The position numbers and the translations under genes were made by a program. From Deltaproteobacteria bacterium (lineage in GTDB: Bacteria; Myxococcota_A; UBA9160; UBA4427): a stretch of DNA of 64,000 nucleotides. The stretch spans positions 21,308 through 85,307 of the forward strand of contig JAJDAO010000030.1 in assembly GCA_029261835.1 (NCBI GenBank), given 5' to 3'. The first letter of the stretch is position 1. Every line of letters starts with the position of its first letter. The notes under the pieces are model-generated. The model was given only the letters and a program-made list of their open reading frames with translations. It did no database searches and was not told the origin of the DNA. Positions 29,335 to 38,347 of the stretch are shown one piece after another.

Positions 29335-29631
29335 GTGGAGCAGCGACGTTTCGAATACCTCGTGATGGAGCTCTCGGTGGCGGTCGGGCAGCTCGTGCCC
29401 CGATACGGGCTCTGGCTGCGACTGCACGAGCTGGGATGGGACCCGGCGACGCTCTCCAGCGAGTCACTGCTGAGCTTCTGCGACCACCACCTCGCGTCTT
29501 TTCTGGGCGAACACGACCTCGCACTCTGCGAACGAAAGCGGCGCAGTCTGCGCAAGCGGCTTCGGCGCTTCGACCCGCGCTATCCCAGTCCCGAGGAGAC
29601 CATGGTGCGGCTCTTCGCACCCAACACATGA
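29335..29631 (+). CDS. hypothetical small protein
   Basis: 98-aa ORF (MEQRRFEYLVMELSVAVGQLVPRYGLWLRLHELGWDP...) with balanced composition, directly upstream of and co-directional with the PilZ-like gene. Confidence 0.45.
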   Translation: MEQRRFEYLVMELSVAVGQLVPRYGLWLRLHELGWDPATLSSESLLSFCDHHLASFLGEHDLALCERKRRSLRKRLRRFDPRYPSPEETMVRLFAPNT

Positions 29632-29704
29632 GCCCGCCCCCTGTGAGGAGGCAGCCCGCGCCGCTCGCTCAAGCGGCTCGGGCGAATCGCCGATCTCTAT
29701 CTCC

Positions 29705-30433
29705 ATGCCGACTCCTTCGCGAGTCATGATCGTGAGATCTCTAGATGGAAGCTCGCAAGAGCTCGCCGAGCGCATGGCTGAGCTGGAGATCGAGCCGCTG
29801 CTCGTCAGCGACCTGGACGAGGCCCAGCAGACCCTCGAGGAGCGGCTGGTTCCGATCACGGGCATTCTGATCCCGACGGACCACACGACCGCGAATCTCA
29901 AGCGCCGAGTGAAACGGCTCCAGAGAGCGGGCCCCGCTTCCGGACTCACCTTCGTCTCTGTCGGCAAGACACCGACGCCGAAGGCACGCCGGGAGCTGGC
30001 CGCGGCGGGACTCACCGTCGCTCTGTGGGAGCCCTATGACGCGGCCACCCTGCGCTTCCAGCTCAACCGCACTCTGAGCCACTGTCACAGCGGCGATCAG
30101 CGCGCGATGCCGCACGTCCCAACGGACCTGCTCGCGAGAGTCTTCGTCGGCGGACGTACCAAGCAGGCGGTGGTCTTCAGCCTCTCCGATGAAGGCGCCT
30201 TTCTCGACACACCGCGCGCGAGCATGGATGGCGCGCGCATCGAAATCGAGCTGTGCCTGCCCACCCGTCCGGTGCAGCTCCAAGCGGAGGTCCTCTACGC
30301 CAATGTGCCTGGCAACCTGCAGCGTACGAATCTGCCCGTGGGCATGGGCGTGCGCTTCAGAGATGTCGCTGTCGCCGATATCGCGAGCATCCGCAGCTAC
30401 GTCGAGGAGCGCCTGCGCGAGCTGAACGTCTGA
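29705..30433 (+). CDS. PilZ-like domain protein with N-terminal pseudo-receiver-like region
   Basis: The C-terminal beta-barrel-like region ARVFVGGRTKQAVVFSLSDEGAFLDT...GMGVRF resembles PilZ. The RRxxxR motif is degenerate (QRAMPHV). Confidence 0.55.
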   Translation: MPTPSRVMIVRSLDGSSQELAERMAELEIEPLLVSDLDEAQQTLEERLVPITGILIPTDHTTANLKRRVKRLQRAGPASGLTFVSVGKTPTPKARRELAAAGLTVALWEPYDAATLRFQLNRTLSHCHSGDQRAMPHVPTDLLARVFVGGRTKQAVVFSLSDEGAFLDTPRASMDGARIEIELCLPTRPVQLQAEVLYANVPGNLQRTNLPVGMGVRFRDVAVADIASIRSYVEERLRELNV

Positions 30434-30479
30434 AGATCGAGGCGGCATCGGGCGGCTCACCCCCGCCCCGCACAGCAGA

Positions 30480-31103
30480 TCACGCCAGCGCGTCCAGCCG
30501 ATCGAGCAACCGCTCTCGCAGTAATCGAAACGCGCGTCCCCGGTGAGAGACTCGGTTCTTCTGCTCGGCCGACAGCTCGGCCATGCTCTGCTCGTATCCG
30601 TCCGGCTGGAAGACCGGGTCGTAGCCGAAGCCGCCCACGCCACGCCGGGCCGTGAGGATGCGTCCATTGCATTCGCCTCGCACGGTGATCACCGCACCGG
30701 TCGGCGCCACCAGGGCGGCCAGGCAGACGAAGCGAGCATCGCGTTGCTCGGCGGGCACGCCGGCCAGCTCTCGCAAGAGGTGGTCGACGCGCGCAGCGTC
30801 ATCGAGGTCAGGTCCGCCGTAGCGAGCGGAGAACGGACCCGGTGCGCCGGCGAGTGCGGCGACTTCGAGACCTGAATCGTCGGCCAGGGCCAGCTCGCCG
30901 AGCTGCTCTGCCACCGCCCGTGCCTTGCCGACGGCGTTGCGCTCGTAGTCGGCGCCCTCCTGCGGGAAGGCGATCGGCGGAAAGCCATCGAGCGAGCAGA
31001 TCTCGGCGGGCAGCCCGGCGAGCAGGGCACGAATCTCGCCGACCTTGCCGCGATTCGACGTTGCGACCAGCACGCGCAGCCGGTCCGCGGGCACAGGCGT
31101 CAC
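30480..31103 (-). CDS. rdgB: non-canonical purine NTP pyrophosphatase (dITP/XTPase, RdgB/HAM1)
   Basis: [32 protein letters not shown] and SHRGRA motifs. The gene overlaps the rph stop by 4 nt. Confidence 0.93.
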   Translation of the reverse strand: MTPVPADRLRVLVATSNRGKVGEIRALLAGLPAEICSLDGFPPIAFPQEGADYERNAVGKARAVAEQLGELALADDSGLEVAALAGAPGPFSARYGGPDLDDAARVDHLLRELAGVPAEQRDARFVCLAALVAPTGAVITVRGECNGRILTARRGVGGFGYDPVFQPDGYEQSMAELSAEQKNRVSHRGRAFRLLRERLLDRLDALA

Positions 31104-31840
31104 CCGCCGCCCTCGCGCCCCGTCGCGAGCAGCTTCTGCTGCTGCCGCGAAATCGCCTCGATCCCCTTGAGCGCCATGCCGGTGAGCTGTTCGAGCTGCT
31201 CACGTGAGAAGGTGCCAGTCTCGCCGGTCCCCTGAACCTCGATGAAGCGGCCGCCGCCGGTCGCCACCACGTTCATGTCCACCTCAGCCCGCATGTCCTC
31301 CTCATACGGAAGGTCCAGACGCACCTCGCCGTCGATGATCCCGACCGAGACCGCCGCCACGCTGTCGCGCAGCACCGGATTCGGCAGGTCGCCACGGGCC
31401 TGGATTCGCTGACAGGCGAGCGCCAGCGCGGTATAGGCGCCGCTGATCGAAGCCGTGCGCGTGCCGCCGTCGGCTTGCAGCACATCGCAATCGACCCACA
31501 GCGTGCGCTCACCCAGTGCCACCAGATCCACGACCGCGCGCAGGCTGCGCCCGATCAGTCGCTGAATCTCCATGGTCCGCCCCGACAGCCGACCTCGGGA
31601 GGCCTCACGGTCGTTGCGGGTGTCGGTGGCGGCCGGGAGCATCGAGTACTCGGCCGTGACCCAGCCCTCGCCCCGGCCCCTCAGCCAGCCCGGCACCTTC
31701 GGCTCTTCCGAGACGGTGCACAGCACCTTCGTTCGCCCCATCGAGCAAAGCACCGAGGCCAACGGATTCTCCGTAAAGTCGGGCAGCAACTCGAGCGTGC
31801 GAAGCTCATCGGCAGCCCGTCCATCTCGTCTCATTCCCAC
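31100..31840 (-). CDS. rph: ribonuclease PH
   Basis: 246 aa with [40 protein letters not shown] and the conserved rph-rdgB gene order. Confidence 0.95.
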   Translation of the reverse strand: MGMRRDGRAADELRTLELLPDFTENPLASVLCSMGRTKVLCTVSEEPKVPGWLRGRGEGWVTAEYSMLPAATDTRNDREASRGRLSGRTMEIQRLIGRSLRAVVDLVALGERTLWVDCDVLQADGGTRTASISGAYTALALACQRIQARGDLPNPVLRDSVAAVSVGIIDGEVRLDLPYEEDMRAEVDMNVVATGGGRFIEVQGTGETGTFSREQLEQLTGMALKGIEAISRQQQKLLATGREGGG

Positions 31841-31888
31841 TCCATATCACCCGCTCACGGCCAGCTGCCGCCGCCGGGTGACGCTCGC

Positions 31889-32749
31889 TCAGGGCTCGTC
31901 GGCCAGCGCCGACAGATCCGCTCGAACCCCGCGTCGTGCGTCGTAGCGTTTCCCAAAGGCCAGAATCGCGCGCGCCACCGCCTCGACGATGGCGTCACGG
32001 TAGCGCCCCCGCCGCAGCGCCTTCTCCTCATTCGGGTTGGAGAGGAAGCCGATCTCGATCAACGAAGCCGGCATCTGCACGCCCATCAGCACCACGAAAG
32101 GCGCCTGCTTGACACCGCGCGTGCTGCCCGTACCGAGATCTGCCAGCTCGCCCTGAACCAGCTTCGCGAACTCGCTCGATTCGATCACGTGCTCGGTCGC
32201 GATCATGTCCCCGAGCAGCGCCATCAGCGGATCGTTTCTCGTGGTCGCAGCGCTGTCCCGCGTGAGCGCCTGGTTCTCGCGCGCCGCCACCTGCCGCGCC
32301 ATGTCGTCGCTCGACTCCAGCGACACGAAGTAAGTCTCGATGCCCCGAGGCTTGTCAGTGGCCGCCGAATTCGCGTGAATCGAGACGAAGAGATCGGCCC
32401 GAGCATCGTTCGCCACCGAGGTGCGAACTTCGAGCGGAACGAATTCGTCGCTTCCCCGCGTAAGCGTCACCCGCAGACCGGCCGCATCTAGTCGCTCAGC
32501 CAGCCGATTGCACACATCCAGCACCAGATCTTTTTCCACCAGGCCGCGCGGCCCGCGCGCACCGTGATCCTCGCCGCCGTGCCCCGCGTCGATCACCACA
32601 GAGTCGAAGTGATCGCGCGACGGCTCGGCCGACACGGCCGGCATGCCAATCGGCAGCACGACCGCAACCGCAAGCCACGGCCCTCCCCAGCGACCAAAGC
32701 CGTGCCGCCTCACCCGAGAGGCCCTCCTTCCGGGCCCAATCCAGCTCAC
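31889..32749 (-). CDS. N-acetylmuramoyl-L-alanine amidase (Amidase_3, AmiC-like)
   Basis: Signal-like N-terminus, then VVIDAGHGGEDHGARG, FVSIHANS and SLIEIGFLSNPNEE. Confidence 0.9.
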   Translation of the reverse strand: MSWIGPGRRASRVRRHGFGRWGGPWLAVAVVLPIGMPAVSAEPSRDHFDSVVIDAGHGGEDHGARGPRGLVEKDLVLDVCNRLAERLDAAGLRVTLTRGSDEFVPLEVRTSVANDARADLFVSIHANSAATDKPRGIETYFVSLESSDDMARQVAARENQALTRDSAATTRNDPLMALLGDMIATEHVIESSEFAKLVQGELADLGTGSTRGVKQAPFVVLMGVQMPASLIEIGFLSNPNEEKALRRGRYRDAIVEAVARAILAFGKRYDARRGVRADLSALADEP

Positions 32750-32955
32750 CCATCACCCCCTGTTGCGGAGTTCACCTTACCACGCCGGCCTCACCCTGTG
32801 CGAGCCCCCGATCGAGCGGGCGGGCGTTCGTCGGTGCTTGGACGGAGCGGCTCGAGCGACCCGTGACCGATCGATGGCGTGCGCTTCCTTCCACCCCAGC
32901 CCGAAGTTCGAAGACGCATCGCCAAGACACGTTGCGAAGCGTGTACTGCCGTTCT

Positions 32956-33126
32956 TCAAGCCAGCCCGTATTCTCGAATCTTCCTGCGCAGGCTTCGCCC
33001 GCTGATCCCCAGGGCACGCGAGGCGCGAGCTCGGTTGCCATCCCCCTTCGCCAGCGAGCGCTGGATGGTGCTCTTCACCGCCCCAACACGAAGCCGCACT
33101 GACGCCCGTTCACGCACTGTCATCAT
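32956..33126 (-). CDS. small Fis-type helix-turn-helix DNA-binding protein (56 aa)
   Basis: Not in the ORF track, being under 60 aa. The minus-strand ORF reads MMTVRERASVRLRVGAVKSTIQRSLAKGDGNRARASRALGISGRSLRRKIREYGLA*. The GNrxrAaxxLGISrxsLxRKixxYGL pattern is the Fis/NtrC C-terminal HTH. Its ATG overlaps the 3' end of the upstream PilZ gene by 17 nt. Confidence 0.6.
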   Translation of the reverse strand: MMTVRERASVRLRVGAVKSTIQRSLAKGDGNRARASRALGISGRSLRRKIREYGLA

Positions 33127-33808
33127 TCTCGGGATGGCCTGTGCGCACGCGTTTTCTCAGCGCCAGTCTCTGAACTTCGCAGATGTGTCGGACGACGGCG
33201 TCACGGTCCCCTTCGTCGATCGCCGTGAAGCGAAGGGCCAGCCTCCGACTGCCCTCCGGCTCCATGAGCTGCGCGCTGTAGACCACGCTCGCCAAGGCGG
33301 TCACCTGGCGCACTGGCGTCTCGGGCAGGAGCAACTCGACCCTGACCGGGTCCCCTGTCTGGAAGGACTCGCGCGTTTCGCTCCGCAGCCCGGAGCCCGA
33401 GAGCACGAGGTTGCTTCTGTCCGCCTCACCGATCGGTCGTGTCGGCTCGTGGCCCGCTCCGTCGAGCAGCAGGTTCAGCTTCTCCTCGATTCTCCGCAGA
33501 GCGGCGGACAGCGCCGGGTCGGCCAACACACCCAGCTCCGGCTTGGGCGTGTTGATCTCCCGCTCGAGAATCCTCACCTCCTCCTCACCGAGCGGCGTCA
33601 ATCTCAGCGGCAGCCTCGTCGCCACACGGAAGTAGGCCCGTCGCTCGCTCCCCGCATGCGCGTCGCTCGGCGAAGCATCGCGATCATCTTCTGCCACGCA
33701 CGCCGTCGGCTGGACCGTCTCCGCCAACTCTTGCGGGGCCAACGGCCGCGGTCGTCGATACAACTCGGGCATCGTCACTCCCCCCGGTCTTCGGACCACC
33801 ATGAACAC
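33110..33808 (-). CDS. PilZ domain protein (c-di-GMP receptor type)
   Basis: ERRAYFRV carries RRxxxR. A downstream LVLSGSGLR approximates (D/N)xSxxG. The C-terminus LALRFTAIDEGDRDAVVRHI is typical of PilZ C-termini. Confidence 0.65.
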   Translation of the reverse strand: MFMVVRRPGGVTMPELYRRPRPLAPQELAETVQPTACVAEDDRDASPSDAHAGSERRAYFRVATRLPLRLTPLGEEEVRILEREINTPKPELGVLADPALSAALRRIEEKLNLLLDGAGHEPTRPIGEADRSNLVLSGSGLRSETRESFQTGDPVRVELLLPETPVRQVTALASVVYSAQLMEPEGSRRLALRFTAIDEGDRDAVVRHICEVQRLALRKRVRTGHPENDDSA

Positions 33809-33902
33809 GAACCGGCTCGCCGCGCTCGCTTGCAGCCCGCTTCAGTCCTCTCCGCGAGCGCATTCCGGCACCCGCACGATCGCATTGCCTTGATTCATGG
33901 AT

Positions 33903-34376
33903 TCATCCGTTCATCCATGGGGCAATCCGCGAGCAATCCGCGTGCCGAGCGCTGGCCGGCTCTGCCGGCCGAGCGGACAGCAAGCCGTAACGGCTGGCCG
34001 TCGGTACATCGCTCTGCCAGCACTGGCAGCCGAGCACGAGCGCCAGAACGAGCAGCCGGAGCCACGGGCGCTGCCCGCGCCGCTGTCGCGGGACGCGAGC
34101 CTTCACACCGCCCGCACTCGGTTCAGCTGGCGACGCCTCGCGTCGCGGAACGCGCCGCAGTGTATTGACGACGTTCTCGGTCGAGCCAAGCAGAAGCCTC
34201 TCGCCCGCCACCTCGACCAGATGGATCTGCCGACCGCCCCCGAGCGAGGTCGTCTCGAGCACCCTCAGGCCGCGAGTCGTTCTGGCTTTCCTCGTCACCC
34301 CGAATACGCGCACCAGGAGCGCAACTGCGACCAGCGTGACGATCACGCAGAAAAGTGCTGTCAGCGCTTGCGTCAT
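33903..34376 (-). CDS. FliO/MopB-like small membrane protein
   Basis: N-terminal TM helix (LFCVIVTLVAVALLV), then LRVLETTSLGGGRQIHLVEVAGERLLLGSTENVV. This follows the FliO pattern seen in the E. coli FliO region LKISASASLGARERVVVVDVEDARLVLGVT. The last 60 or so codons, including a second hydrophobic LVLGC stretch, may not belong to the protein. Confidence 0.5.
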   Translation of the reverse strand: MTQALTALFCVIVTLVAVALLVRVFGVTRKARTTRGLRVLETTSLGGGRQIHLVEVAGERLLLGSTENVVNTLRRVPRREASPAEPSAGGVKARVPRQRRGQRPWLRLLVLALVLGCQCWQSDVPTASRYGLLSARPAEPASARHADCSRIAPWMNG

Positions 34377-34424
34377 GGCGCCCCTCCCGCGTGAGCCCGC
34401 TTGCGGCGGGCCTGTCGCCTCACC

Positions 34425-35810
34425 TCAGCCACGCGGGCTCAGCGCGAGGGAGACCGGTCGCCGGCCGCGGTCCGTCTCGACGCCGAATTCCTTGAGCCGA
34501 CGCCAGAGAGTCGTGGTCGAGATCTGCAGCTGTTCCGCGGCTCGCTTGCGATTCCACCCCACCCTGTCGAGCGTATCCAGGATGTGCCTCCTCTCCATCG
34601 CCTGAAGGCTCTGGACCACTCCCGACGCCTGCTCACGAGGCGACTCTCGGAGCCGAACCGGAAGATCACCGACGCGGATCTTCGAGCCCCTGCAAAGCGC
34701 AACACCTCGCTCGATCGAGTTCTCGAGCTGCCTCACATTGCCCGGCCACGAGTAGGACGTCAGGAGATCCATCGCGGATTCGTCGATTCCGTCGAGCATC
34801 TTGCCCGCCCGCTTCGCGAAACGTGTCAGGAAGTGCGAAGCGAGAAGCGGGATGTCCTCGCTGCGCTCCCGCAAGGGCGGCACGTGTACGGGGATTACGG
34901 CGAGCCTGTAGTAGAGATCCTCGCGGAAGGCGCGGCTCTCGACCTCCTCCTCCAGGCTCTTGTTAGTCGCCGTCACCAGTCTCACATCGACGAATCGCGT
35001 ATTCTCGTCGCCGACCGGCCTGATCTCACCGGTCTGCAGGAATCGCAGCAGCTTGACCTGCATCGACGACGGCATTTCCGCCACTTCATCGAGAAAGACC
35101 GTGCCGTGATTGGCGAATTCGAAGAGGCCTTTCTTGTTCGTCATGGCTCCGGTAAAGGCTCCTCTGCGATGCCCGAAGAGCTCGCTCTCCAGCAATGACT
35201 CCGGAAAGGCTGCTGAGTTGATGGCACAGAACACGCGGTCGCGACGCCGGCTCAGCTTGTGAACCGCGCGACCGATCAGCTCCTTGCCGGTACCGGTCTC
35301 GCCGGTGATCAACACGCTGCTGTCGGTTTGCGAGACTTTCGCGACCATCTCGAGCACGTCCGCGATCGCCTCTGACTCGCCCACAACACCCGTTGCCGCG
35401 GGCAGATCCTCGGCCACCGGCTCTTTGATCCGCACGCCCGAGATCGAAACCACGTCGTCGAGTGCGCTCTCGACGATCGCCCTGAGATCGGCGGACTGGA
35501 GCGGCTTGCGCAGGTAGTTCAGCGCTCCCAGCTGCATCGCCTCCACCGCGCTCTCGATGGTCCCCGACAATGTCATGATCAAGACGCCGGTTGCGGGACT
35601 CTCGCTCTTGACCGCGCGCAGCAGGTCCAGTCCGTCGAGCCCTTCGAGGTGCAGATCGCAGAGCACCAGATCCAGGGCGGTGCCACGCAGACGTTCGAGT
35701 GCCACACGACCACTCTCGGCAATCTCACAATCGTGACCGAACGCGCACAGCGTGACGGCAATGGAGCGACACGTCCTGGCATCGCTGTCTGCAATCAGAA
35801 TCTTCGCCAC
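34425..35810 (-). CDS. sigma-54-dependent response regulator (NtrC family: REC + AAA+ + Fis HTH)
   Basis: Receiver (KILIADSD...DLVLCDLHLEGLDG), AAA+ domain (GETGTGKE, GAFTGA, the GAFTGA loop, and FLDEV), and C-terminal HTH (AAEQLQISTTTLWRRLKEFG). Confidence 0.95.
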   Translation of the reverse strand: MAKILIADSDARTCRSIAVTLCAFGHDCEIAESGRVALERLRGTALDLVLCDLHLEGLDGLDLLRAVKSESPATGVLIMTLSGTIESAVEAMQLGALNYLRKPLQSADLRAIVESALDDVVSISGVRIKEPVAEDLPAATGVVGESEAIADVLEMVAKVSQTDSSVLITGETGTGKELIGRAVHKLSRRRDRVFCAINSAAFPESLLESELFGHRRGAFTGAMTNKKGLFEFANHGTVFLDEVAEMPSSMQVKLLRFLQTGEIRPVGDENTRFVDVRLVTATNKSLEEEVESRAFREDLYYRLAVIPVHVPPLRERSEDIPLLASHFLTRFAKRAGKMLDGIDESAMDLLTSYSWPGNVRQLENSIERGVALCRGSKIRVGDLPVRLRESPREQASGVVQSLQAMERRHILDTLDRVGWNRKRAAEQLQISTTTLWRRLKEFGVETDRGRRPVSLALSPRG

Positions 35811-35866
35811 CTCTGCCGCACTCCTCTCTGGGCTACGCCGTTCTCGACCGCGAGGCGAGGCGGGCT

Positions 35867-37159
35867 CTACACGTCGGACCCGATCTCCCGGTTGGAGTCG
35901 CCCTTGCCTCGCCTCTCTCCGCCTGCAAAACGATCGAGCAGACGTTGCCCACGAACCTCGAAGGGCCCGAACGAATCAGGCCCAGCGAAGAGAGGCGTCA
36001 TGCCGCCGGCCGCAGCCTGCGCGTGATCCAATTCATCGATGCTGAAGTCGACGCAATCCTGCATGCGCCACGACTGTCGTCTCACTCTCGCGAGGGCGAC
36101 ACCGATAGCCAGTGCCGCACCCTCGGCGAGATCGAGCGCCAAGCCCGCCAGGGGATGAAGGCTACTCGCGAGAAGAACCAGTGTTGCGAGGTCGCGCCCG
36201 CGTCGCTGAATCGGAAGTGCCAGGAAGGCTGTCTTCTCGCTGCTCGTGCCGGGCACCTCGCTCCGCTGCGTCTCGGAGATCAGCACCCGACTCGTGCGCC
36301 GCACCCGCTCGAGGAGCCGGCGAGTGCCAGCCGGTGCCGTGTCGAGCGAGTGCACCTCGAATCGGGCGGCGCCTCCGGTCAGGATACGAAGGCCGCGCTG
36401 CGACGCATCGATCCACCAGATCTCCTGCAGCGGCACGCAGCGCGCGAACTCCGCACAGAGCAACGAAACGATCGCGCTCTCTTCCTCGCAGCCGTTCAGC
36501 GCGATCAGCAGTCTCTCGAGCCGCGTGATGGCTCTTTGAGGCGATGCGATCGCGACGCCCACGGCAGAGGGACCAGCGCAGGCGGCCGCTTCGTAGGCCG
36601 GCCGCTGCTGGATTCGCTCGCATTGCGCTGCGCGAAGATCGGGCAGGCAGCGCATCAGATCTCTCAGGCTCTGTCGATCCCAGGGCTTGCCCAGGAAGTA
36701 GCTGACCCCCGCACGGTTGATGGCATCGCGCATCAGCGGAAGACTTCGCTGTCCCGTGATGAGAACGCGAACGGTCTCCGGATACAGCCTTCGTACGCGC
36801 TCCAAGAACGTCACGCCCGACATTGCCGGCAAGTTCGTATCGGCGATGACCATGTCGATGTCGGACCCAAGCAGGATCTGAAAGGCATCGGCAACGCCGT
36901 CGGTCGCGAAGACCTTGACTGTGGGACCGCTGAGGGCCCGAACGAGTGCCGACCGCACCGCGCGGGCATCATCGACAACGAGAACATTGCGAACCAAGGG
37001 CGCCGGGCCCTGCTCGCTGATGCGCGGTGCAGCACGAGTGATTGCGGAAGAGTCCGGGGCTACGCCGGCCGGTGATGTCCCGGGCGGGACCCGCGATCCC
37101 CGGTTACGCCTCGAGAGCGCCGGGAGTTCGGAAGGAAGGCCACACACCCCCTCGCTCAC
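35867..37159 (-). CDS. response regulator with C-terminal GAF-like sensory domain
   Basis: Receiver: VLVVDDARAVRSAL...MVIADTNLPAMSG...VLITGQ...YFLGKPW. This is followed by about 230 aa of alpha/beta GAF-like sequence. The true start is probably downstream of the annotated one. Confidence 0.75.
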   Translation of the reverse strand: MSEGVCGLPSELPALSRRNRGSRVPPGTSPAGVAPDSSAITRAAPRISEQGPAPLVRNVLVVDDARAVRSALVRALSGPTVKVFATDGVADAFQILLGSDIDMVIADTNLPAMSGVTFLERVRRLYPETVRVLITGQRSLPLMRDAINRAGVSYFLGKPWDRQSLRDLMRCLPDLRAAQCERIQQRPAYEAAACAGPSAVGVAIASPQRAITRLERLLIALNGCEEESAIVSLLCAEFARCVPLQEIWWIDASQRGLRILTGGAARFEVHSLDTAPAGTRRLLERVRRTSRVLISETQRSEVPGTSSEKTAFLALPIQRRGRDLATLVLLASSLHPLAGLALDLAEGAALAIGVALARVRRQSWRMQDCVDFSIDELDHAQAAAGGMTPLFAGPDSFGPFEVRGQRLLDRFAGGERRGKGDSNREIGSDV

Positions 37160-37263
37160 CCCACCCCCCTTTCAGGCTGCAGCATTCCATCTGCAACACA
37201 CCGTTCAGGAATCGGCGGGCCATGTGCGAGCTTTAGCGCTATCGCTGTAATTTTCCGAGGGAA

Positions 37264-37300
37264 TTGGAAAACGGCAGGCCTCTGGGATGAACGCCTGCCG
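37264..37300 (-). terminator. putative intrinsic terminator downstream of motA-like gene
   Basis: Minus strand: CGGCAGGC-GTTCATCCCAGAG-GCCTGCCG followed by TTTTCC. The stem is 8 bp and GC-rich, but the 13-nt loop is large. Confidence 0.45.
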
Positions 37301-37370
37301 AGGCGCGGCAGCGTTCAAGAGCGCCGTGGCCCAATCCGCCCAGTCACTTCAGTCTGCAACGGGAGAGCGG

Positions 37371-38138
37371 TCACCGGTTCTCGGCTGCCATCTTCTCGCG
37401 CACGATGGGCGGCAGATACGCCTCCAGCTTGGCGCGAACTAGCAGCGCATTGTCGCCCTTGAGAATCGACTCCACGGCGAGGATCGTGAGCCGTCTCAGC
37501 ATGACCTCATCGCGAGTGCGATGCTCGAGCTTGCCGCGGATCGGCCCCAGAACGAAGTAGGCCAGGATCGCGCCATACAGAGTGGCGAGCAGCGCCGTGG
37601 CCGTGGCGGGCCCGATCGAGTCGGGATCGCCCGCGGCGTGGAGCACCTGCACCAGACCGATGAGGGTACCCATCACCCCCATCGCGAGCGCAGTGCCTGC
37701 CATCAATCGAAACACCTTATGCCGCTGCCGGTGACGCACCTGCATCGCCTCGAGCTCGGCCGTGAGGATCGCCTGGACGACATCGGGACTGAGACCGTCG
37801 ACACCCAGGCGAACGCCGCGTGCGAGAAAGGAATCTTCGATCTCCTCCTCCTCGAGCGCCACGAGTCCGTCCTTGCGGGCCTTCATGACGAGACGCGTGA
37901 TGACCGCGATCATCTCTTCGAGGGGACGTGCCCGGTCGAAGAACACCTGCGTCGTCGCCCGAAATGCGGCGAGCAGCACGCTCGGTCGCTGCATCACGAG
38001 GGTCGCCGACAGCGTCCCTACCAGCACGATCAACGCGCTCTCGGCGTCGACGAACACGGGTACGCCGCCGCCGATACGCATCGCGGTCGTGATCAAGCCG
38101 ACTCCGAGAACGACGCCAATGAGCGTGCCGGGATCCAT
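37371..38138 (-). CDS. MotA/PomA-type stator proton-channel protein (MotA/TolQ/ExbB family)
   Basis: 255 aa. Two N-terminal TM helices are followed by a cytoplasmic loop (KDGLVALEEEEIEDSFLARGVRL) and a C-terminal TM pair with GVMGTLIGLVQ...ATALLATLYGAILAY, typical of MotA/PomA. There is no MotB/ExbD/TolR partner on either side. Confidence 0.8.
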   Translation of the reverse strand: MDPGTLIGVVLGVGLITTAMRIGGGVPVFVDAESALIVLVGTLSATLVMQRPSVLLAAFRATTQVFFDRARPLEEMIAVITRLVMKARKDGLVALEEEEIEDSFLARGVRLGVDGLSPDVVQAILTAELEAMQVRHRQRHKVFRLMAGTALAMGVMGTLIGLVQVLHAAGDPDSIGPATATALLATLYGAILAYFVLGPIRGKLEHRTRDEVMLRRLTILAVESILKGDNALLVRAKLEAYLPPIVREKMAAENR

Positions 38139-38347
38139 CTCCTCACCGATTCTGCGGGCCGCGCAGACGGGCGCAGCACATTGCCTGCGCCACTATCGAC
38201 CGAGCCCCGCCAACGCTGGATCGAGTGTTCTCCGGATGCCGCGGCCGGAGCCCGGCGAAGTCCCCTCGATCGCTGCGCCACACGCCACCCGGTGCCGGGG
38301 GAGAGAGAGACCGAAGGCGACGGCTCCGACTCCACCGGGCCGAGCCG

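Noticed and set aside
33903-34100. Possible separate small lipoprotein (…RPWLRLLVLALVLGCQCWQ…) in the 3' third of the FliO-like ORF.
   Set aside because: It is in the same frame with no ATG, only a possible GTG start. The mature part would be about 40 aa of low-information sequence. It is more likely fortuitous read-on after the FliO-like domain.
37121-37145. GTTCGGAAGGAAGGCC motif resembling the SRP RNA helix-8 GGAAGGAAGCAGCC core.
   Set aside because: The conserved CAGCC and the complementary strand are missing, and the motif lies within the 5' end of the REC-GAF ORF.
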